Shown in pieces: positions 26,900 through 34,800 of a stretch of 64,000 nucleotides of DNA. Position 1 is the stretch's first letter. Each line of letters opens with the position of its first letter. The stretch is from a virus. The stretch lies in the IMG/VR virus record IMGVR_UViG_3300020146_000001; one strand, given 5' to 3'. The position numbers and the translations under genes were made by a program. The notes below the pieces were generated by a model. The model searched no databases, was not told the DNA's origin, and saw only the letters and a program-made list of their open reading frames with translations.

Positions 26900-27118
26900 C
26901 TAACCGACGTGGTCAGCGTCCAGAACATCAAGATATTCTGGGAAGGCTAGCGATGCGGACTCCTTGCAGAACATACATTCCTCTTTCGGGCAACCCGCCG
27001 CGCAAGACAGACAGGAGGCGTCATACGGTAAACCAGACATCTGAGCCGCCAACCGCTCATTTAGAATCCGCAGCATTTCAAGGGTGCGCATTACCATTTC
27101 ACGCTCTAAGTCGCTCAT
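26900..27118 (-). CDS. Small Cys-rich protein (72 aa)
   Basis: Start at MSDLEREM, with AAGGAGTGAAGGGG upstream. Contains CLSCAAGCPKEECMFC. Confidence 0.5.
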   Translation of the reverse strand: MSDLEREMVMRTLEMLRILNERLAAQMSGLPYDASCLSCAAGCPKEECMFCKESASLAFPEYLDVLDADHVG

Positions 27119-27170
27119 CCCCTTCACTCCTTCGGCTGACCCCCAACCCACACACAAATCAACAGTAGTA

Positions 27171-27407
27171 TTAGGCATCAGCGGAGCTTGCTACTTCATG
27201 CCCTCTTACCCCGCACTCTTCTCTTGTGTATCGCCTAGCCTCTTCGCCAAACGCCCTGTAAAGCGCAAGGGCATAGTTGGCGTTCCAGAGCGGGCTTGCT
27301 ACGGCAGCATCCTCTACCCGCTTGATGAATTGAAGAACGGGGTTACTTTCTACAAGCGCCTGCCATTCTTCAGCGGTTAGGAATTTACCGTTAGATTCGT
27401 CGTTCAT
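27171..27407 (-). CDS. Hypothetical protein (78 aa)
   Basis: Start at MNDESNGKF, with an AAGGAG RBS and an ATGA overlap with the upstream stop. Confidence 0.5.
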   Translation of the reverse strand: MNDESNGKFLTAEEWQALVESNPVLQFIKRVEDAAVASPLWNANYALALYRAFGEEARRYTREECGVRGHEVASSADA

Positions 27408-27976
27408 ACAGTCTCCTTTGGTTGGCCCCAGCCACATACAGAACACTTCTCATTCAGCGGAATATCCTTTACTTCCATCCCCGGAGCGTGGCGGAAACAG
27501 GTGTAGGTATCGGTGATGCGCTCGGCTTCGGCGGTAGTGGCTAGAATATCGCAGCGTGGCTCCCCGTTCCGTGTCATGTAATGAGCGTGAATCTCACCCG
27601 CGCCAATAGCTTGCGCCCTGAGACCGCAGTATTCGGAGACAACCACGGGGAAGGGGCAATCGTTCAAACACTCGTCATGGGTCTCGCTTAACTTGAGAAG
27701 GGTGGGGTCGGGCCATTCCTTTGACTCCCAAAATGCCCACCGTGGCGGTAGTGCCCTCCCCCTCTCGTCAGCCACTTCAAACTGTTGATTGCTCATTTCG
27801 GCTTGCTCCTCTATCTGTTGGTAGAACGGCACGGGAGGACAGTGGCTCAGAAACATCCTTTCTAGAGACGACAACACAACCGCCTCGCAGAGCAAACGCG
27901 CCTGACGGATGCGCTTTATGTTCCTCGCCCTTTGTCGGATCAGGAAGGCGCGGTCAACTTCTTCGTCACTCATCAT
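27404..27976 (-). CDS. Hypothetical Cys-containing protein (190 aa)
   Basis: Start at MMSDEEV, with GGAAGGAAGGTGG upstream. Confidence 0.5.
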   Translation of the reverse strand: MMSDEEVDRAFLIRQRARNIKRIRQARLLCEAVVLSSLERMFLSHCPPVPFYQQIEEQAEMSNQQFEVADERGRALPPRWAFWESKEWPDPTLLKLSETHDECLNDCPFPVVVSEYCGLRAQAIGAGEIHAHYMTRNGEPRCDILATTAEAERITDTYTCFRHAPGMEVKDIPLNEKCSVCGWGQPKETV

Positions 27977-28214
27977 CCACCTTCCTTCCCCGATGAGTCT
28001 CCCCACACCAGCAAGGTAGTCCAGTCTCAGGGTGCGGGTCGTCTAACCTCTCCGACATGGCAATCACAATGAACTGCTGCGCCACGTCGTTAGAAATGAT
28101 TCCATGCTCGACTAAGACGTTGGCATTATCGCAGATTCTTGCGAGCCTGCTTGTGGCAAGATCATACCTGGCTTGTAGGTCATTGGCTTCCGTGACTTGA
28201 ACATTCGTGCTCAT
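27966..28214 (-). CDS. Hypothetical protein (82 aa)
   Basis: Start at MSTNVQV. ATGA overlap with the terL stop. Confidence 0.5.
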   Translation of the reverse strand: MSTNVQVTEANDLQARYDLATSRLARICDNANVLVEHGIISNDVAQQFIVIAMSERLDDPHPETGLPCWCGETHRGRKVDDE

Positions 28215-30292
28215 ATTTCCTCTCCCCACTCGTTAGTCTCAACAATGCGAGGTCTGATTTTCTTCTCTGCCTGTTTCCGGTTATAAATGAAAGTCATCTC
28301 AGCTTCAGGCGTCAGCCCCCCGCCCGGAATATTGGACTGCTCCTGTAAAGCCTCGAATCGCTTGCTCGGTGGCGTGGCCTCAACTACCTTCTCACCAAAC
28401 GTCAAAGGCAAAGGTGCAGGCGGGCCATTTACCATTGCCATCTGTAAGCCCTGCCCGAAGTCGTCATTCATCTTCATCGGGCCATGCTCGACTAACCCGC
28501 CTTCTGTAAGTTTGGCGGGCCGCATTCTCCAGTTGTTGAACTGATACCTGCACAAATCAGAATCGTGCAAAGCATCCGGTGTAGAGACTTGCGGATAAGG
28601 GTATTTCTCATCCTCAAGCAGTATGAACATGCCCGGACAACCTAGTTTCCACGTACCGTCTTCAAGTTGCTCATCCTCAAAGAACGGGTGTCGGGTCTTC
28701 TTATCTACCAGCATGAAGTGGTCTATCCATTCGAGCCCACCACTTTCGCCGGGATTCACTGGGGCGAATGGCAGGCCGAAGACTTTACGGTAAACAGTCA
28801 AAGCGTCGTTGTTCTGGTCGTGGGAGCCCACGAATGATGTGTAGCCGTTCTCCTGAAGCAAGGGAACCACGAGGGGAGGGATGACACCCGCTAAGACGTT
28901 CCTTCGGGCTTCGATCAATCTGGTTAGGTCGGATAGGTAGATTTCCAACCCAGCACGGGAGGTAGAAGAATCAATAAGCTGCGCCCAGGTCTGATTCGTG
29001 CCAGGGACAAAGGGCGTGATACTCTCTAATAACCTTTTACCAACATCATCGGCCTGCGTCTGCTCCTCAAATGACATCAAGTCGAACAGGAACAGCTTGC
29101 CGGGGAGCTTGGTGTTCTGATTGGAGACCGTCAGTTTCCCCGCGATGTTAGCGTGGTATGCTGATTTAGTACGTGACCAATCATGGAACACTCTCTTAGG
29201 CCAGTTCTTAGGGATGAATCTTTGACCGTAGACCCTCTGGAAATCAGAGCGACGAATCACCATCAGCTTGTCATTGTAGTTTCTTAATACTCTTCCTTCT
29301 TTGTTGCTCTCAAGGTCGTGCTGGTACTCTGCTAAGAAGGCGACCTTGCCGGAGTCGGCTAGGAACACACTCGCAGCCCTCAAGTCAATGCTCGGCCACG
29401 TAGGTCTGGCACTTTTAATCTTCCACTTCCTGCCCGCACTGGATGAATCCAACTCCAGTTCTAAATCGTCGAAGGCGGGGTACGGCCCTGACTCCTGACG
29501 CTCGGACAGGATGTCACTTCTGCGAGTGTAAACCTGAGTGACAAACCCATTCTCGTGAATAAGATTCTGTGGCACTAATTTAAGAGTGTCCGGCGTGCCG
29601 GCGGGTAGAATCTCGTGGGAGATAATCTTCATCTTCTTCTCTACGGCGGCCGGAGAATCTTTGCGGCTGTCAATGTCGTCAAAGACGAACATGGTAAAGC
29701 GCAGATCGAACAAACGCCCGCCGCGCACGCCTTCTTCTAGGCCAATCGGGATGATGCCCCAGTGTGAAGATGTTGCTAGAAAGTCCTGCCTCCACGCGGT
29801 CTGATAGCCGTGCTTATCCACACGAGGGTTAGAGAGTCCGGGGTAGTAGTAAGCCACCTGTGGAGAATCCAGGCGATTCCTGATTGACTGAATATGCCCC
29901 TTAGCCAATGCCTCAGTGTCGCAGACGTAACCGACGAATCCCGGCTCATCCGTCACACCTTCACCCAAAGCACCTTCAGCAATACAGGCCCACTCAACGT
30001 GCGAGCTTTTACCCATCCCGCGCCCCCAAATGAGGAGCATCGTCATTTCTTCGGGGGTCAGTACCTCGCCGCGAAGGAGTTTGAAGCGTACAGGCCAGTA
30101 CCAATCCCAAAATTCAAAATGGAAAGAGGCGAAGGGCTTACTAAACGTCCGCCTGCCGAGAGTCTGAAGCCAAGCCAGATAGCCCTTGCACTCCAACTCA
30201 GCGGCCTGCTCCGTTTTCGGGAACATCGCCGCTCGGCCAGGGAACAAAGCCCGCAAACGTGTGGCCTCTGCTATTGTCACACTAGTTGGCAT
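28211..30292 (-). CDS. terL: Terminase large subunit
   Basis: 693 aa. Walker A is WGRGMGKSS and Walker B-like is MFVFDDID. Follows the small-subunit gene with an 11-nt overlap. Confidence 0.9.
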   Translation of the reverse strand: MPTSVTIAEATRLRALFPGRAAMFPKTEQAAELECKGYLAWLQTLGRRTFSKPFASFHFEFWDWYWPVRFKLLRGEVLTPEEMTMLLIWGRGMGKSSHVEWACIAEGALGEGVTDEPGFVGYVCDTEALAKGHIQSIRNRLDSPQVAYYYPGLSNPRVDKHGYQTAWRQDFLATSSHWGIIPIGLEEGVRGGRLFDLRFTMFVFDDIDSRKDSPAAVEKKMKIISHEILPAGTPDTLKLVPQNLIHENGFVTQVYTRRSDILSERQESGPYPAFDDLELELDSSSAGRKWKIKSARPTWPSIDLRAASVFLADSGKVAFLAEYQHDLESNKEGRVLRNYNDKLMVIRRSDFQRVYGQRFIPKNWPKRVFHDWSRTKSAYHANIAGKLTVSNQNTKLPGKLFLFDLMSFEEQTQADDVGKRLLESITPFVPGTNQTWAQLIDSSTSRAGLEIYLSDLTRLIEARRNVLAGVIPPLVVPLLQENGYTSFVGSHDQNNDALTVYRKVFGLPFAPVNPGESGGLEWIDHFMLVDKKTRHPFFEDEQLEDGTWKLGCPGMFILLEDEKYPYPQVSTPDALHDSDLCRYQFNNWRMRPAKLTEGGLVEHGPMKMNDDFGQGLQMAMVNGPPAPLPLTFGEKVVEATPPSKRFEALQEQSNIPGGGLTPEAEMTFIYNRKQAEKKIRPRIVETNEWGEEI

Positions 30293-30926
30293 AACTACTG
30301 ACTATCGGGGCGAGTTCCGGCACGTCGCCCAACTCCGCAAGCAAGGTCTTTGCCGCCGTGGGCTGGTCTACTCCGTCACGCTCCATGATTCTGTGAATTG
30401 AACGCTCAACTTCTGCCCTGCGGGTTTCGTCAAAGGTGTTGGCTCTAGGCTCCTGCTTCATCCCGAACGTGTCCCTAAGCTGGTTCAAGGCTTCAAGGCG
30501 GGAATACATCTCGTATTCCCGAGACTTTATATTCCCTTTGGTGTCGTAATTGACCTTGACTTTCTTAATTAAATGGTCCGTTCCACTTTTCTTCGCATTT
30601 CGCAAGAACGGATCGTCGGGAACCACGTCGGCAAGTGAGGCCGTAGCTATCTCAGCGAGAGAGCCAACTATAATATCCGTATGAATTTGCGCCCTCCGCA
30701 TGGCCTCGGCCTTCCGGTTTTCTACGGCCTCCAAAATTCTTGCGTTTTCTTGCGTTTTATAAATCATGGATTTCGCCGTATGCGGCGAGTAGCCGGCATC
30801 TAAAGCGGCCCTATGCAAACTCTTGCCTTGTGCTACACCCTCAGCCGTTAGGAGTTGCCTCTTTGTTGGTCTCCTATTTGGCTTACCATCTCCCGCCCCC
30901 TTCTTTGTTGACTTCCTTTGAGCCAT
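30282..30926 (-). CDS. terS: Terminase small subunit (Terminase_2-like)
   Basis: 214 aa. SLHRAALDAGYSPHTAKSMIYKTQENARILEAVE matches the AGYS..tA HTH signature of small terminases. Directly upstream of terL. Confidence 0.75.
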   Translation of the reverse strand: MAQRKSTKKGAGDGKPNRRPTKRQLLTAEGVAQGKSLHRAALDAGYSPHTAKSMIYKTQENARILEAVENRKAEAMRRAQIHTDIIVGSLAEIATASLADVVPDDPFLRNAKKSGTDHLIKKVKVNYDTKGNIKSREYEMYSRLEALNQLRDTFGMKQEPRANTFDETRRAEVERSIHRIMERDGVDQPTAAKTLLAELGDVPELAPIVSSYAN

Positions 30927-30935
30927 AAAACACCC

Positions 30936-31415
30936 TCAGTCAATGCGGGTCAGAAAATTAACGCAACGGTTTTCGGTGTCATCGTTCATGCCGCAAAATT
31001 CGGCGTAATGCGGTATCTCGCCATCAAGCTCTATAGCGCGGCTCTCACCCAGCATCCGGTCTAGCAGAACCGACACGGTCAACTCCCCCGGAAGCAACTC
31101 GTTCAAATTCCTGCGTATCCTGCCTAACCTCGACCAACCAATCCCGTTAACGGCAAGCAAGTCCAAATCCCGCGCCCTCACCACATCGTTTGGATAGAAA
31201 AACCCCGCATTCGCTAATGCACGCGCTGTAGCAAAGCCAATGCCGCTAACAAGAGCATAAAAGCAGAGGGAATCACCGAACAGATGACTAACCATCGGCG
31301 CAATGTTAAACTCCTCTTCGTAAACCCGCCGACAGGCCATCCGAAACGCGCTACGAAACGCCGACCCCGAATCATCCGATTCACTCAAACTCGCAGTTTT
31401 CGTTTCAATGTTCAT
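30936..31415 (-). CDS. Hypothetical protein with helix-hairpin-helix-like motifs
   Basis: 159 aa. ALVSGIGFATARALANAG and LLAVNGIGWSRLGRI resemble HhH (h.GIG) motifs. Confidence 0.5.
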   Translation of the reverse strand: MNIETKTASLSESDDSGSAFRSAFRMACRRVYEEEFNIAPMVSHLFGDSLCFYALVSGIGFATARALANAGFFYPNDVVRARDLDLLAVNGIGWSRLGRIRRNLNELLPGELTVSVLLDRMLGESRAIELDGEIPHYAEFCGMNDDTENRCVNFLTRID

Positions 31416-31475
31416 CTAATCACCCCCAACAGAATAACCGCCGACAAACAAACTATTTCCTGTCCTCAAGAGAGA

Positions 31476-31685
31476 TTACAAATCTTTTGCGGTAGCGGCG
31501 TGAAGACATTTGCCGCAAATATTACTGACCCGCGAGTAAAATTTTCCTCCGCTCGCGCTTACATCGAAAAAACAAGTGCATTCCCCGTGTCCATACAGCA
31601 CGGGAGGCTTGCCGAATAACTCCACGGAGACGACAGCCACTAGAACAACCACCGCCGCAGATTTAAGAAAGTTTCTTCTGTTCAT
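31476..31685 (-). CDS. Small Cys-rich protein with a twin-arginine (Tat) signal motif
   Basis: Start at MNRRNFLKSAAVVVLVAVV (RRxFLK consensus), with GGGAGGTG RBS and an ATGA overlap with the upstream ORF. The mature part has 5 Cys and 3 His. Confidence 0.5.
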   Translation of the reverse strand: MNRRNFLKSAAVVVLVAVVSVELFGKPPVLYGHGECTCFFDVSASGGKFYSRVSNICGKCLHAATAKDL

Positions 31686-31831
31686 TTCACACCTCCCACT
31701 ATTACCGCCCCCACGATGCAGGCGGCGGCGAGCCATTCAAATCTAATCTTGCCGTTAGCCGTGACATTCAGCCCGGCCAACACAAAGAAAACGAAAGCGA
31801 GTATCCATAAGATGAGTGATGCAGAAATCAT
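31682..31831 (-). CDS. Small two-TM membrane protein (49 aa)
   Basis: Below the track cutoff. ATGA overlap with the stop of the 1738-aa gene and with the start of the Tat-signal ORF. Product is MISASLILWILAFVFFVLAGLNVTANGKIRFEWLAAACIVGAVIVGGVK. Confidence 0.45.
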   Translation of the reverse strand: MISASLILWILAFVFFVLAGLNVTANGKIRFEWLAAACIVGAVIVGGVK

Positions 31832-34800
31832 TCCTTCGTACTCCTTTGTGGTTTGGCCGGGCGCGACGCGGAAGGTCGCGCAGTACCTCTGGACGTTCCT
31901 CTGTTCTCGCGCTGCTCGTAAGACGTAGCCCCTTCACCCAGGAATGAAGCGATGCCGATTCCCAACCCAGCACCCAAGCCGGATTGTTTGTAGGCTTCAA
32001 TCGCATCGTTCCACACCATCGGCGTCAGCTTCTTAAATGGGTAACTCGTGCGGAGGCGCTCAAAGCCCGACGTTCCCGGTTTCCCGGCCATGTAAACAGG
32101 CTCTCCCGTCACGTCAGTTCCCCTACCTTCTTTCCGCCGACTCAAGAACGTGTCGTGGACGATTGACGCTATCGGGGACTCCTTGCCCCTCACGTAAGTA
32201 CCAAATATTTCCATCGGCTCACGATTACTCTCTCCGCGAATGGCTTTCTCAAGATTCAACGCCAATCGAATGTGGCTCTGGAATCCGGCAGAGAAATCAA
32301 AACAGGTGTCGCCCCAACACGCCTTGCCAAACTTCTTATCTTCGGGCGAAGTTGCAACCTCGGCCCCGTTCATCTTCGCCAATGCCAACTGGGCAGCCAC
32401 CAGAGATGAGAAGGCAAACAAGGTCTTGAACGCTTCCTTACGCGCTGGACCCGAAAGCCCGCCCATCCTCTCGGGCAAAACCATCCTCGCAGGGGTGATA
32501 GTTAGTGAGCGCACACGGGCCGCCCAAAACCGCGGACTAAATATAGTGTTATTTAGAACAGGCGCAGCGCCTTCCAACTGGCGGGGCAATTTCCCTCTCC
32601 CGGTGAAATCATTTATCAAGTCCACGCCCTGCTGGAATACCGCACGATCTTCTGCTTTCTCGGGGTCAAGCCCCGCCTTTCGGGCCTTGTTCAGATAGTC
32701 CTTGAACCACCCGAACTTCACCACGTCGCCCATAGCCGTTTGTGCTCTTTGGGACATTGCGATGCCGGGAATCTTGTCAGCCAATGAGGTTTGGAATGAC
32801 TCTTCACGAGCGCCCAGAGTTTCACCCCTCAAGCCTTCCGCCGTGAGTCCCAGCTTGAACCTCTTGGCATACTTGAAATCGGCGTCGCCTTCAATCTCAG
32901 AAACAATCCGCTCGAACTTATCGGCCTTCAACGCCTGTATTTGCTTGCCGAACCCTTTAGCCCAAATCAGGGGATGCCGCGCAAGCGCCATCTTGCCCTG
33001 CCTGAGCCCCCACGACAGGTCTAAGGCTGTCTCAGCCGCGCGAGCCAAACCAAGTACGTCAACCACCTTCCGGCCGAACGTCCTACCGGGCGTGGCAGAG
33101 AGCTCGTCAAACTTCTTGGCTAATTGCTGCCTTGCTTTCCTGGCATCCGTCTGAGCGTCCAACCTCTGATTGACGAGTCTCCGCATGTCTTCGGGGCGCA
33201 GCGGGCCAACATTCTCACGCCTGACACTTCTCTCCCGCTGCTCCTGAAGTAAGTCCTTCCTGTTCTGGTCGTAAAGTTTGTAGGCTTCACGGTAAATGGC
33301 CCGCATTTTTGGCCTGATTTCCTCGCCAAATTCCTTCACCATATCCGCCGTGAAACTCGCCGCCGAAACGCCTTTCTGTGCAAGCTTGCTCGCCCCGATA
33401 ATCGCGTAGTCCGCAATATCCAAAGGTATGATTGACGCGCCAGCTTGGCTACCTTTGACGCCACCTTGCTTACGTGCTTCCAACCTCGCCCGTGCTTCAC
33501 TCTCGGCCTTCTGCAATCGCTCCTGAAGGGTTTCTAATTTGGGCCGGGGCGCACGAGTAGTCGCACGCATTTGAAGCTCGGCAATCTGTTTTTCGAGTGT
33601 AGATATTTTCCCTTCCGCTTCACGGACTTTAGCGGCAGCTTCAGTTACCGAGTTACTTTCTTGGACCGTCAACTCCCTCCCGGCTTTCCTGCTGGCGGCA
33701 ATCTTCACCCCCTCCGGGGAGAGCCGAGCAAGCACGGACGCGGCTTGCGTCACTTGGCCTGCTTGGGTGAGCTTCTGTGATAAGACGTTTGCTAACTCAG
33801 CCGCGCGTTTCGTCTCACCGCTCTCCTCAAAACGTCGCATTAACTCAAAGCCCGCTACGGCATCATCCTTCGACACTTCTTCGCCGCCATGAAGTTTCGT
33901 CAAGAGGTCAGCGGCGACTCTATCTACGCCTTGCTGCCGAATGCTTTCCTGGGCACGGCCGTAGGCAGCCTTATCAGTGACGACCTCGTAAGTTAAATCT
34001 TCACCCTTTTGGAGTCCGACACGTTCGAGTGATTGGGGGAGGCTACGGGCCGCGCCTTTCGATTCTGACGCAGCTCTTTCAACAGTTCCAGTGCGAGGTA
34101 GGCCAACATCGGCGGGCCGAGCAGGAACAGCAGAAACAGGAACTTCATTTGTCTCTCCTTTCGGTGCTTCCTCTGACCGTACACCCGAAACAGCAGGCGA
34201 CTCTTCTTTGAAGCCGGATTTGAATTGACCTTTCCTCCCTGTGGCCGTGTTTCTGGCGCGGCGGTTCTGGCGCTCGTAGTGGGGGGTAGCGGGGGCCGCG
34301 CTTAGTCCCCTCGGCGCGTCCTTCAAGCCAGACGTGTCCTTGAACAAGTGGCGCAGCATGAACTCCGCGTCCTCACGATTGGAGAATCTACCTTTGGCTC
34401 GTTCAGCCGCCATCCCGGTTATCTTCGCCGTGTCGAAACCTTTCCCTCTCGCAATCTCAGCCGCATACCTCATCTGCGCGTAAGCACGTTGCTGCTGACG
34501 GTTCATCTTGGCCGGGTCACGTTCGGCCCCGATGTCCGTCAGCGGCTTCGCCAATGCCCGAGCGAGTGATTCCTCGGAATCCGAATGGGCGGCGATGGTT
34601 TCGAGGTCGTCGCGGAAGGTCTTATAGTCATCCACCGAGACGGGGCTTTCCTGCTCCAGCCTATTCAGTTGCTGCTCAGTCAGCCCTCTAGTCATTTGCT
34701 CCATTTCAGAGCGCGCACGACGAACCACAGAGTCGGGGGCGTCAGGGCTAAGTATCTTCCTCTCAAGTTCTAAGTAGCGATTACCCTTCTCCCTGCCGAG

